Source: Gemmatimonadota bacterium
Lineage (GTDB): Bacteria > Gemmatimonadota > Gemmatimonadetes > Palauibacterales > Palauibacteraceae
DNA length: 64,000 nt
Reading direction: 5' to 3'
NCBI GenBank assembly: GCA_965116475.1
Contig: OZ220691.1
Location: forward strand, 1,056,001 to 1,120,000
This document shows positions 37,321 to 46,828 of this stretch, piece after piece. How positions within the stretch are numbered: position 1 is the first letter of the stretch; each line of letters opens with the position of its first letter. The position numbers and the translations under genes are program-made. The notes below the pieces were generated by a model. It did not search any database. It had not been told where the DNA came from and saw only the letters and a program-made list of their open reading frames with translations.

Positions 37321-39789
37321 TCACGGGACGAGGACGGGCTGGCGTTTTCTGAGCAGGAACAACCCCTCGTTCCAGCTCGACACGGCGATCACGCCGCTCT
37401 CGAAGTACGGGTAGTTGCTCCACGTGCCGCCGAAGGCCGTCGCGTCGTCGTCCGTCGGCACCGTGTCGAAGAAGGCCACCTCCACCGGGTTCTCCGGATC
37501 GCGGATGTCGAGGATGCGGAGCCCGCCCAGCAGGTTGGACTGGTAGAGGAAGTCGCCGCGCACGTACTGGTTGTGGTCGATCGCGCGCGTCTCGGCGAAG
37601 TACTCCGTCGCGAGCACCGGATCGTCGAGTTCCGCCACGTCCCACACGAGGGTGCGCGTGTTCGAGACGGTGCCGCCTTCCTCGTCGAGTTCGTCGCCGA
37701 GGAAGAAGTAGCGGTGGTCCTCCGTGAGCCATCCCTGGTGGGCGGCGACGGCGCCCGGGTAGTTGGCGCTCGCGAGCGCGACGGGGTTCTCCTTGTCGGT
37801 GATGTCGGAGATCCCGAGCGCGTCGATCGAGGCGTGGAAGCAGATCTCCCGTCCGACGTAGTCCTCGTCGGGTCCGTCGTAGATCACGCACTGGGCGTCG
37901 TGCGTGTAGCCGCCGCCGAGAAAGCCGCCGATGTCGGGGTCCGCGAAGCAGCCGGCGAAGCGGGGGTTCCGGGGATCGCGGATGTCGATCATGTGGAGGC
38001 CGCCGCCGCACGCCTCGCCCCCGCCGCTGCTGCCGACGGCATGCGCGAACCCGGTCTCCTCGTTGATCACGATGTTGTGAGAACTGAACACGCCGTCGTA
38101 GTGGGCCGTCTCCTCGAACAGCGCCGGCGGGTCGCGCACGTCGCGCAACTGGGTGAGGTCGAAGATCTGGACGCCGTGCGCCCCGGCGTTGTCCGCCACG
38201 ATGAAGGCGTGGTCCGCGTAGGTCTTGATGTCGCGCCACAGGTTCTCGACGCCCCCTTCGGTGAGGGGAAGTTCGCCCACGTAGACCGGCGCGTTGGGGT
38301 CGGTGATGTCGACGAACGACGTGCCGTTGGATTTGCCGAGAAGGACGTACTCGCGACCGGTCTCGGAGTCGGTCCAGCCCCAGATGTCGTTCGCGATCGA
38401 TGTGGGGCCGGCGCCGAGTTCGGCGAGCGGGAGGAAGGCCACGAGATCCACGTCGGTGCAGGCGTAGTCGAGCGCGGCCCCGTCCTGGCAACTCACCGTC
38501 TCGCCCGAAACGGCGGTCATGTTCGGCCGCTCCGGATCGCGCAGCGTGCCCGACAACTCCCAGGGAGCGGCGAGGGAGGCGCGTTCGAACACGGCCGCGG
38601 CGCCCAGTCGGAGGTCGGCCTGCCCCGCCCCGATCACGGCAAGATGGCCGGACGCGCCGAGGCTCGAGCCGAAAGCCCCGCCCGGCCCGAACGGCGACTC
38701 GTCAAGCGTCTGAACGTGTTGGAAGGATGCGGCATCGAAGGTGTAGACGGCACCGGCGGCCGACGCGGTCGCGGGCGCGCCGATCCACACGGTTCCGTCC
38801 GCGATCGTGAGGGCGGCTCCGAAGCCGGCGGCATCCGATCCTGTCGGAGGCGTCAGGGTTCGGGAGGGGGTCGAGGCACCCTCCGGATCGAACACCGCCA
38901 CCGCGCCCGCGCCCTCCCGGCCGGGCGCGCCGGCAAACAGCGTCGTGCCATCGAACGCGAGCGCCGAGCCCAGCCGATCGCCGGGGACGCCGCCTTCGAG
39001 CATGAAGGATTCGACGTGCCGCCATTCGCCGCCGGAGGGCTCGTAGAGATGTACGGCGCCGCGATTGCCGTCCGCGCCCGGGGTGCCCACGAAGAGTCGA
39101 TTCTCGGCCGCGGCCAAGGCGGTGCCGAAGCGGTCGGAGCCTTCGGGTTCGGGAGCGGTCAGACGGCCCAGGAACGGTCCCCCATCGTCCCGTGTCACCA
39201 GGTAGATCCCAACGGAGCCGGGCTGCGGAGGCGCCGGTTGCCCGAACCGGGGCAGGTCGCCGAGTCCGCCCGGAGCGCCCACGAACGCGACATCGCCAAC
39301 CAGTGCGACGGCGCTCCCGAGACCGGCACGCGGCGCCCCGTCGGTGGAGACCATCGCGCGCTGGATCCAGGTGTCGCCGCTGCCTTCGCTCCGTTCGAAG
39401 ACGTAGGCTACGCCGTTCGCCTCGTTCGTTCCGGGGGCCCCCATCACCACCCGGTCGCCCGAGCCGGCGATGCTGGCTCCGAACTGGTCTCCCACTTCTC
39501 CCGTGTCCATCAGCGGCTGAAGGACTTCGGCGATGGTCCACTCTCCCGACTCGTCCCGACGGAAGACGTAGACCGCGCCCGGCTGGGGATACGTGGCGAG
39601 CCGGAGTTCGGCGCCCGTGCGCGACACCAAGATGTCGTCCCCGACGAGCGTGACCGCGGCCGCGAAGCCGGAGGCCGGAAGGGCGGGCCTCTCTGCCGTT
39701 GGAGCGAGCGTCTGAGCCGCGGCCGCGTCGGGCACGGCGAGGAAGCCGGGGACGAGGAGTGGGATCCATCGGATCAATCGGTGTCGCAT
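37321..39789 (-). CDS. Choice-of-anchor B family protein with N-terminal FG-GAP repeats
   Basis: Repeated FG.....G.P....GAVY units; NDIWGWTD, WRDIKTY, YTHDAQC, HQGWLTED, DELDE, IDHNQY, WSNYPYF.SG. Confidence 0.88.
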   Translation of the reverse strand: MRHRLIRWIPLLVPGFLAVPDAAAAQTLAPTAERPALPASGFAAAVTLVGDDILVSRTGAELRLATYPQPGAVYVFRRDESGEWTIAEVLQPLMDTGEVGDQFGASIAGSGDRVVMGAPGTNEANGVAYVFERSEGSGDTWIQRAMVSTDGAPRAGLGSAVALVGDVAFVGAPGGLGDLPRFGQPAPPQPGSVGIYLVTRDDGGPFLGRLTAPEPEGSDRFGTALAAAENRLFVGTPGADGNRGAVHLYEPSGGEWRHVESFMLEGGVPGDRLGSALAFDGTTLFAGAPGREGAGAVAVFDPEGASTPSRTLTPPTGSDAAGFGAALTIADGTVWIGAPATASAAGAVYTFDAASFQHVQTLDESPFGPGGAFGSSLGASGHLAVIGAGQADLRLGAAAVFERASLAAPWELSGTLRDPERPNMTAVSGETVSCQDGAALDYACTDVDLVAFLPLAELGAGPTSIANDIWGWTDSETGREYVLLGKSNGTSFVDITDPNAPVYVGELPLTEGGVENLWRDIKTYADHAFIVADNAGAHGVQIFDLTQLRDVRDPPALFEETAHYDGVFSSHNIVINEETGFAHAVGSSGGGEACGGGLHMIDIRDPRNPRFAGCFADPDIGGFLGGGYTHDAQCVIYDGPDEDYVGREICFHASIDALGISDITDKENPVALASANYPGAVAAHQGWLTEDHRYFFLGDELDEEGGTVSNTRTLVWDVAELDDPVLATEYFAETRAIDHNQYVRGDFLYQSNLLGGLRILDIRDPENPVEVAFFDTVPTDDDATAFGGTWSNYPYFESGVIAVSSWNEGLFLLRKRQPVLVP

Positions 39790-39808
39790 GTGACCTCCTT
39801 GTAACCGC

Positions 39809-41119
39809 CTACCGCGATCGCGCCAGCGGGTTTACGCCCGCCAGCGCCGCGCCGGCGAAGGGTAGCGCCAGCACCCACACCCGGAGGCCGAGCGGGCCGG
39901 CCCCGTCCGCCGCGATGCCGCCCAGGGCGAGGAGCGCCAGTCCGGCGCAGGCCATCGTCCCGCCGACCGCGAGCAGCCAGCCCGGGCGCGTTCGCTCGCC
40001 GGGGCCGCCACGCTCGAGCCGCCCGAACGCCAGCACGCACGGGACCAAGGCCACTGCGTACACGGCGAACCACAGCGGCCGGACGGCCCACCACGCTCCG
40101 GAGGCGGGGTCGACGCCGAGACCCACGCCACCCAGGAGGAGCGCCGCGCCGACGACCAGCGTCGCCGCCGTCAGGTGCCAGAGAAAGATCGTCATGATCA
40201 TCCCGTTCACGAGCACCGTGGCCGTCCACGGCACGGCCCGGTCTAGCCAGCGCCGCATCGGACCCTCGATCGACAGCAGCAGCCCGGTGTGCACGAGCGC
40301 CAGCGCGAGCATGGGCAGCTTGGGTGGCAGCGAATTGCTGATCGCGTCGCCGGGGACGCTCACCATGCTGACCGGGTACGGCCCGAGCGTCACCATCCCG
40401 ACCAACGCCGCCGCGCCCAGGGCGGCCCACGCCGCGCCCCTTCGCAGGCCGGCCGCGTACCCGTCGCGCCACGCGTACCCCAACTGGTGAACGGCGACCC
40501 AGATGAAGGCGTAGTTGGCCCAGCCCACGACGGTCAAATCGGCGGCGAGGAAGAGGACGTCGTCCGCGATCGCGGCCGCGACCAGCGCCCAGAACGACCA
40601 CAGCCCGTACCGCCGCCAGACCGCGTACGTGAGCGGCACGATGAGCACGACCATGACGTAGACGGCGAGGAACCAGATCGGGATCAGCGCCATCTGCGAC
40701 AGGTCGCCCACGAGGGTCGCGTCGACGCCTCCCAATCCCATGCCGACGCCGAGCAGCACCCACACGGCGAGGAGCGCGAGGACGGGGCCGAGCAGGCGCC
40801 GGAGCCGTGCCTCCAGCCACTCCGCATAGTTTTTATGCCGATCGCGGGCCGACCGCCACGACACGCCGTTCGAGTAGCCACCGACGAGGAAGAAGATCGG
40901 CATCACCTGAAAGGCCCATGTGAGCCACCCCGTCCATGACTGGTGTTCGAGCGCGCTCGAGAGCGCGATCTCCCCGCCGCCGGTGTACGGCGCCGCCTGT
41001 ATCCAGTGGCCCACCACGACGGCGCCGATCGAGAGGGCGCGCAGGAAGTCCACGTATCGGTTGCGCGACGCCGGCGTCCGCGCGGCCACCCCCGCCGCCC
41101 GGGACCACAGGCCGCTCAA
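39809..41119 (-). CDS. Acyltransferase family 3 membrane protein
   Basis: RNRYVDFLRA.SI..VV.GHW, QVMPIFFLVGG, WFL.VY, HQLG, MTIFLWH. Confidence 0.85.
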   Translation of the reverse strand: MSGLWSRAAGVAARTPASRNRYVDFLRALSIGAVVVGHWIQAAPYTGGGEIALSSALEHQSWTGWLTWAFQVMPIFFLVGGYSNGVSWRSARDRHKNYAEWLEARLRRLLGPVLALLAVWVLLGVGMGLGGVDATLVGDLSQMALIPIWFLAVYVMVVLIVPLTYAVWRRYGLWSFWALVAAAIADDVLFLAADLTVVGWANYAFIWVAVHQLGYAWRDGYAAGLRRGAAWAALGAAALVGMVTLGPYPVSMVSVPGDAISNSLPPKLPMLALALVHTGLLLSIEGPMRRWLDRAVPWTATVLVNGMIMTIFLWHLTAATLVVGAALLLGGVGLGVDPASGAWWAVRPLWFAVYAVALVPCVLAFGRLERGGPGERTRPGWLLAVGGTMACAGLALLALGGIAADGAGPLGLRVWVLALPFAGAALAGVNPLARSR

Positions 41120-41141
41120 GCGTCGCCTCCGGCTGCGCGGC

Positions 41142-43229
41142 TCACGGCAGGCCCAGCGCCACGTACTCGGCCGGCTGCTCGCTCCCCCCGACCGCGACCA
41201 CGATGTACTGCTTCCCCTGGTGCAGGTACGTCATGGGCCCGCCCGTCGTCCCCGAAGGGAGTTCCGTCTCCCACACGACCTCTCCCGTCGCCTTGTCGTA
41301 GGCCCGGAAGGTCGTCCCCCAGTGCGTGTCCGGCGTCCCGATGACCGCGTCGCTCCCCTCGCCGATGAAGAGCAGCGAGCCCGTGACGAGCGGCGCCGGC
41401 CGGTTCGCGTTGCCCAGCGGAGGAAGGTCGAGGCCCTCGAGGAGCGGATGTTCGTTGGGTCCGTCGCCGTTCGCCGCAATCCACAGGTGCTCGCCCCGGT
41501 TCATGTCGATCGCCGTGATCCGTCCCCACGGCGGCTTCACGAGCGGCAGGCCCTCGATCTCGGCCCGCGGCCAACCCCCCTGCGTGCCGAACTCCATCTC
41601 CCCGGGTTCGGAGTTCTCGGACAGGCTCCAGACGTTCGGAAGCGTGTGCGACACCGCGAAGTAGACGCCCGTCTCGGGATCGAACGCGCCGGTGTTCCAG
41701 TTCCCCGCCCCCCATGCGCCGGGGATGACGTACGTCCCGATCTTCCCTTCCACCGACTCCCGTTCCATGGGCGGCGTGAACAGCGGGCCCATGACGAGCG
41801 AGTCCGCCAGCGCGAGCGCCCGCTCACGGATCTCCGGCGTGAAGTCGATCACATCTTCGGGCGTCACGCCCTGGCGGTCGAAGGCGGGCGGGCGGCTCGG
41901 AATCGGCTGCGTCGGCGACGTGGCCTCGCCCGGCACGGTCGACTGCGGCACCTCCACCTCGTCGATCGGCCACACCGGCTCTCCCGTCCGGCGGTCGAAG
42001 GTGTAGAGGAAGGCCGTCTTGCTCGCCTGCATCACCGCGTCGATCGCGCGCCCGTCCACGTGGATGCGGCCCAGCACGGGCGGGCCCACGGTGTCGTATT
42101 CCCAGATGTCGTGGTGCACCATCTGGAAATGCCACACGCGCTCGCCCGTCGCGGCGTCGAGCGCCACGAGGCTGTTCGAGAACAGGTTGTCGCCGGGCCG
42201 GTGCCCCCCGTAGTAGGCCGAAGTCGGCGCCGAGAGCGGCACGTAGACGTAGCCCAGTTCGTCGTCCGCGCTCAGGCAGCACCACGAGCCGAGATCGCCG
42301 GACTCCGCGAGCGACCCGCCCCCCCAGGTGTCCGCCCCGAACTCCCCCTCCTCCGGGATCACGTGGAACGTCCACAGGAGACGGCCGGTGCGGGCGTCGA
42401 AGCCGCGGATGTCCTCCCGCACGCTCCCCCGCCACTCCGTGCCTCCGTCGCCGGCCCCGTCGACGGTCCCCGCGAGGACGATGACGTCCCCGACGACGAT
42501 CGGCCCCGAACTCCAGCCGTACCGTCCCCCGGCCGGGAGTTGCAGATCCACGCGTCCGCCGTCTCCGAACGAGGCGACCGGTTCGCCCGTCGCCGCATCG
42601 AGCGCGTGCATCGAGGGTCCGCGCACCGAGATGATCCGCCCCGCGGAGTCCCCGTCACCGCCGTCGCCAGCGGCGCCTCCGCCCCCACCGCTCGTCCCGG
42701 AGCCGCGCCAGTAGGCGACGCCCCGGAAACTCCGGCCGCGCGCGTCCTCCTCCGACTCCGGCCGCTGGATCCAGCGCGTCTCCCCCGTACCCGGATCGAA
42801 GGCCTCGACAAGACCGACGGCGTTCGGCGCGTACAGCGTCCCTTCCACGAGGACGGGCGTCCCGCGCAGGTAGTTGTTGAAGCTGAGGTCCGGAAACTCG
42901 GCCGTCAGCGCGCCGTCGACGGCCGGCCGCCGCCACAGCACCTGCACCGCCGCCACGTTCTCACGGCCGATCTGCGTGAGCGGAGAATACCGGTTGAAGG
43001 AGTTCTGCCCGCCGTAGTACGTCCACTCATCACTCGGCGGCGGCAACCGGTCCGGATCCGCCCCGTCGCCGGTGCAGGCCACGACGGCGAACGCCGTCGC
43101 GATTCCTGCGAAGACCGTGCCCACCGCATGGAAATGACGCGTTTGTTGCGGATCACCCCTTCGTCGCCTCGCCGGCATGGACCCCTCCGGGCGTTTGCGT
43201 GTTGATACCCCGTTGCGCCGTGCGGGCAT
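41142..43229 (-). CDS. PQQ-dependent dehydrogenase (quinoprotein glucose dehydrogenase-like)
   Basis: RYSPL.QI...NV, RGVAYW, repeated ALDA.TG..W, QMVHHDIWEYD, KPPWG, PMTY...GKQY; true start probably downstream of 43229. Confidence 0.88.
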   Translation of the reverse strand: MPARRNGVSTRKRPEGSMPARRRRGDPQQTRHFHAVGTVFAGIATAFAVVACTGDGADPDRLPPPSDEWTYYGGQNSFNRYSPLTQIGRENVAAVQVLWRRPAVDGALTAEFPDLSFNNYLRGTPVLVEGTLYAPNAVGLVEAFDPGTGETRWIQRPESEEDARGRSFRGVAYWRGSGTSGGGGGAAGDGGDGDSAGRIISVRGPSMHALDAATGEPVASFGDGGRVDLQLPAGGRYGWSSGPIVVGDVIVLAGTVDGAGDGGTEWRGSVREDIRGFDARTGRLLWTFHVIPEEGEFGADTWGGGSLAESGDLGSWCCLSADDELGYVYVPLSAPTSAYYGGHRPGDNLFSNSLVALDAATGERVWHFQMVHHDIWEYDTVGPPVLGRIHVDGRAIDAVMQASKTAFLYTFDRRTGEPVWPIDEVEVPQSTVPGEATSPTQPIPSRPPAFDRQGVTPEDVIDFTPEIRERALALADSLVMGPLFTPPMERESVEGKIGTYVIPGAWGAGNWNTGAFDPETGVYFAVSHTLPNVWSLSENSEPGEMEFGTQGGWPRAEIEGLPLVKPPWGRITAIDMNRGEHLWIAANGDGPNEHPLLEGLDLPPLGNANRPAPLVTGSLLFIGEGSDAVIGTPDTHWGTTFRAYDKATGEVVWETELPSGTTGGPMTYLHQGKQYIVVAVGGSEQPAEYVALGLP

Positions 43230-43303
43230 CCTGATCCTGCAAGATCGTTCGCGAACCGGCTGAGCGGGAGGGGGTAACTGGATTGGTCCACATGGGGAGA
43301 TTA

Positions 43304-43324
43304 TGGTACATGATACCTGTACCA
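43304..43324. promoter_or_regulatory. Inverted repeat TGGTACA-N7-TGTACCA, probable TA autoregulatory operator
   Basis: Perfect 7-bp inverted repeat 30 bp upstream of the antitoxin ATG; resembles TGTACA-core YefM operators. Confidence 0.65.
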
Positions 43325-43354
43325 GTACCTGAGAACAGGATGAGGGAGTCGAAG

Positions 43355-43639
43355 ATGATTCGGGAGACGACCTACACCGGGGCCCGCAAGAACCTCGCCA
43401 CGTTGATGGACCAGGTCACCGACACGCACGAACCGGTCCTGATTCGGCGCCGCGGCAAGGCGCCGGTCGCCCTGATCGCCGCAGAAGACCTCAGTTCATG
43501 GATGGAGACGGTATACGTGCTCCGCTCACCGAAGAACGCCCAGAGACTGCGGGAAGCGATCGCCTGGGTCGAAAGCGGGCAGGGAGAGCCTGTGGACCTC
43601 GACGAGCTCGCCCAACGGCTTGGCCTTGAAGGCGCCTGA
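43355..43639 (+). CDS. yefM: Phd/YefM family antitoxin
   Basis: YT.AR.NLA..MD.V.....PV.I.R, ET.Y.LRSP.NA.RL. Confidence 0.92.
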   Translation: MIRETTYTGARKNLATLMDQVTDTHEPVLIRRRGKAPVALIAAEDLSSWMETVYVLRSPKNAQRLREAIAWVESGQGEPVDLDELAQRLGLEGA

Positions 43640-43907
43640 CGGAAAGAGCACGCGGGACGCCGTCCTCGCGCCTCAGTGTCTGCGGGATCTGGAGTATTGG
43701 ACCCGGACGAAACCCAAGCGAGCTCGACGGGTGTTCAAGCTCGTTCGGTCGACGCTGCGAGATCCGTTCGACGGCCTCGGAAAGCCGGAACCGCTACGCG
43801 GAGAGTTCGCCGGTTCGTGGTCCCGCCGAATCGACGGCGAGCATCGCTTGATCTATCGGGTCACGGCCACGCGAGTCTACTTCCTGTCCGCCCGAGATCA
43901 CTACTGA
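43620..43907 (+). CDS. yoeB: Txe/YoeB family toxin
   Basis: DL.YW, PF.G.GKPEPL, WSRRID.EHRL.Y, R.HY C-terminus; overlaps the antitoxin. Confidence 0.93.
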   Translation: MALKAPDGKSTRDAVLAPQCLRDLEYWTRTKPKRARRVFKLVRSTLRDPFDGLGKPEPLRGEFAGSWSRRIDGEHRLIYRVTATRVYFLSARDHY

Positions 43908-43958
43908 GCCGACGGTCAGGTTTTCCGGCGGATACCGCCACGAGAGGATGAGGATCAG

Positions 43959-44855
43959 ATGAGGGAGATCAGCTTTTTTGGATCGTTACGGCGGCAGGTC
44001 ACCGGAGTCCTCGCGGTCTGTCTGGGTTCGCCGGGCGCCGCTGTCGCCCAGAACGTCTTCGCCTCCACCCAGTCCGCGACCCTGCCGACCGCGGCCTCCT
44101 CGCGCGCGGGCGACCTGCACATCGAAATCTCCCACCGGTTCGGCTACGTGTCGGGCGGTGCGAGCGACCTTTGGGGCCTCGACGGATTCGTGCTGAATCG
44201 CCTCGGGCTGGCGTTCACGCCCCAGGACCACGTCACCATCGGCGTGCTTCGTTCCAACAGCCTGGACAACCTCGAGTTCAACGCCCGTTTCGCCGGGCTG
44301 CGGCTCGACGGCGCCACCGGTCCGGTCGAGTTCGCTGCGCAGACCGGAATGGCGTGGAACCTGCAAGTCGAGCCGGACGACAGCCACGCCGGTCACGAGC
44401 ATGCGCTCGCACCCCGCGCCAGCGTGTATGGCGGCGGCCGTTACGACGGCATGGCCGCGGACAACGAGATGCAGGCCTACGTTCAGGTGATCGCCAACGC
44501 CAGGGTCGCGGATCGCGTCGCACTCGGTGTCGTGCCCACGCTTCTCTGGAATCCGCGAATCGAAGATCCCGACCGGGAGACCGCGGTCTCAGTCGGTGCG
44601 ACCGGCCAGATCTACCTCAGCCGCATGTGGAGCGTCTTCGGCGAGTGGATCTTCAGCGGCGCGAGGGAGGATCAGGAGTACGACTCCGCCTCTTTCGGCG
44701 TCGAAATCCGCACGCCTGGACACTTCTTCAAGATCGTCGTCACGAATCAGCACCGGATGAATCCGACGCATACGCTCGCCGGCGCCGCCGAGGACTTCCT
44801 TGACACGAACTCGTGGCGCCTCGGCTTCAACATCCAGCGAAGACTCCGGCTGTAG
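43959..44855 (+). CDS. DUF5777 family beta-barrel protein
   Basis: ISHRFG, GLD, G.EI.T.GH.F....TN, LGFNI.R. Confidence 0.8.
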   Translation: MREISFFGSLRRQVTGVLAVCLGSPGAAVAQNVFASTQSATLPTAASSRAGDLHIEISHRFGYVSGGASDLWGLDGFVLNRLGLAFTPQDHVTIGVLRSNSLDNLEFNARFAGLRLDGATGPVEFAAQTGMAWNLQVEPDDSHAGHEHALAPRASVYGGGRYDGMAADNEMQAYVQVIANARVADRVALGVVPTLLWNPRIEDPDRETAVSVGATGQIYLSRMWSVFGEWIFSGAREDQEYDSASFGVEIRTPGHFFKIVVTNQHRMNPTHTLAGAAEDFLDTNSWRLGFNIQRRLRL

Positions 44856-44869
44856 CGGCTCGGCGTAGA

Positions 44870-45162
44870 AGGACACGAGCATCGTGTGGCCGGGGTGGTG
44901 GCGCTGCAGGCGGGTGCCCAGCGACATCCCTTCTACGGGATTGTAGCGCCAAAAAGCCGAACTTGAACGGGTCCCCCAGCGGGTCGGCCGCGAACCGCTC
45001 CATCCGCAGCCCGCTGAAGAACTCCGAATCGTCGGGATCGAAGATTGGCTGCCGGAGCCGTGCCGCGAGCACATGCACGATGGCGGGCTCGTCACGCGAC
45101 CACCGCACGCGGGCCGTGCGTTCGCCGTGCAGCGAGGGACGATTGCGTTCGTAGGAGGGCAC
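44870..45162 (-). pseudogene. Possible fragmented outer-membrane protein gene remnant
   Basis: Protein-like pieces in two frames (ARVRWSRDEPAIVHV...; RYNPVEGMSLGTRL, resembling RYNRVEG of OM proteins); no intact ORF. Confidence 0.35.
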
Positions 45163-45232
45163 CTCGCCGCCGATCCGCTCGCGGAGCAGCGCGGTGTACG
45201 AGTCGATCGTCAGGCGCGCGGAGCCCTGGGGT

Positions 45233-45625
45233 TCAGAGCTTCCCGCACCGCTCCAGCAAGTGCTCGGCGTCGGCGATGGCTTCCCGCGCTGGCGCCCGGT
45301 CTCGATGCTCCCCGACCCTCGCGACCTTTACCTGGATCACGTTGTCCGGGTTGTCGTCCACCGTACTCGCGCTGATGTAGTTCACGACCAGCGCGTCAGT
45401 GATCAGACGGCCAGTCGGGAAGCTTTCGCGTGTACGCATGCGTTCCGCCCTCATGAACCCGAGTGAACGATCACCGGCGGTGATCATGTATCCGAGACGC
45501 TGCAACGTCACGCGAACGCAGTCGAGCCCATCAGCTTGCACACTTGCCGGACGTGTCATGATCAGGGGTTGTACTGCACAGGCCATCGTTGCCGTCACGG
45601 CGATGGACAGCGCAAGGCGTTTCAT
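45233..45625 (-). CDS. Hypothetical lipoprotein
   Basis: GGAGG RBS, MKR + hydrophobic stretch + TMAC lipobox-like. Confidence 0.7.
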   Translation of the reverse strand: MKRLALSIAVTATMACAVQPLIMTRPASVQADGLDCVRVTLQRLGYMITAGDRSLGFMRAERMRTRESFPTGRLITDALVVNYISASTVDDNPDNVIQVKVARVGEHRDRAPAREAIADAEHLLERCGKL

Positions 45626-45769
45626 CGTTGCCTCCAGGAGTCGCGAACCCGGTTCCCTCCGAAGCCGGAGGTCTGCCCGTCATCCCGATGACGCGAGAAC
45701 CTGCTGCACGGTCACATCGCCGGAAGAGATCGAAGGCTTTCAGAGACGCATCGGCGCCAAGCAATCGGC

Positions 45770-45915
45770 TTACCGGACCACGGGCTGGAGCTTGCCGCAC
45801 TCGTACTCCGGCGGTGCCTCGGCACCGAGGAGGTGGCGACGAAGTAGTCCCAGCGGCGGCGCATCATGTAGGGCTCGTTGCCGAAGCCTTGGCCCCGGTT
45901 GCGGAGCAGCAGCGG
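45770..45915 (-). repeat. Degenerate second copy of the 3' end of the S9 peptidase gene (left island boundary)
   Basis: Aligns with 52852-52997; 48 bp identical (45838-45885 = 52921-52968); encodes NRGQGFGNEPYMMRRRWDYFV/frameshift/HLLGAEAPPEYECGKLQPVVR*. Confidence 0.92.
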
Positions 45916-46099
45916 GCCCGAACGAGCAGCGGAAGGGGCACTCTGGTCACGGGCCTATCGTTTCGGTCCACCGCTTGAATCCGTGGCCACACCACGACTA
46001 GTTTCTGACGAACCGGCACCATCGGAGCCGCGCGCGTCAACCGACGCTTGATCGGTGGGCTCTAGCGATCCAAGAGGGAGAACTCAAGGAGGTAGCGCG

Positions 46100-46828
46100 G
46101 TGCGGAATTCGAACGGTGCCATTCCGGCGATCAGCTTGTTCACCGGTGCGGGGGGCTTGGACCTTGGGTTCGCGAGGGCAGGTTTCGACATACGTGTCGC
46201 GGTCGAAACCGACCCGGCCGCGGTGGCTACACTTCGCCGCAACTGGCGAAGTACACCCGTAATCACGCGCGGGCTCGAAGAGGTATCAACCGGTACGCTA
46301 CTCGACAAGGCCGATCTGAGCGTCGGGGAGGTGGGTATGGTCTTCGGCGGTCCTCCTTGCCAGTCCTTTTGCATCGCCGGAAACGGCCGCGGGCTTGAAG
46401 ACCCGCGCGGGCAGCTGTTGCTTGAGTTTTGTCGCGTTGTCCGTGAAGCACGGCCCAGCGTGTTCCTGATCGAAAACGTGCCGGGACTGCTCCGCGTACC
46501 CCATATCGCTAGTGCAATCCATGACGCCGTGAACCGCAGCTCAGGATCGGACTACCACGTCTCACACGACATTCTCAACGCCGCGGAGTACGGCGTACCG
46601 CAGCACCGGAAGCGGGTCTTCTTTGTCGGCTGGAGGGAATCCGGCGACTTCTATTTTCCGAAGCCGACGCACTACGTGGAAGGCCGACGTCGCCACAGCG
46701 GACTCAAGCCCGCTGTCACTGTCGCGCAAGCTTTATGGGGGCTACCCGAGCCGGATCCGCCATCTGCAATAGCCTATCGTGTTGCAAAGACAATTCCCGA
46801 TCGGAATCGGCAATGGTACGGAAAGTAA
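46100..46828 (+). CDS. DNA (cytosine-5) methyltransferase, alpha subunit (motifs I-VIII), M.AquI alpha-like
   Basis: AAGGAGG RBS then GTG at 46100; SLFTGAGG, GGPPCQSF, D.RG.L, ENVPG, YGVPQHRKR; ends before the TRD. Confidence 0.9.
   Translation: MRNSNGAIPAISLFTGAGGLDLGFARAGFDIRVAVETDPAAVATLRRNWRSTPVITRGLEEVSTGTLLDKADLSVGEVGMVFGGPPCQSFCIAGNGRGLEDPRGQLLLEFCRVVREARPSVFLIENVPGLLRVPHIASAIHDAVNRSSGSDYHVSHDILNAAEYGVPQHRKRVFFVGWRESGDFYFPKPTHYVEGRRRHSGLKPAVTVAQALWGLPEPDPPSAIAYRVAKTIPDRNRQWYGK

Noticed and set aside
46735-46828. MTase break as a frameshift pseudogene
   Set aside because: The break position, overlap and both terminal sequences fit the known two-subunit M.AquI arrangement.
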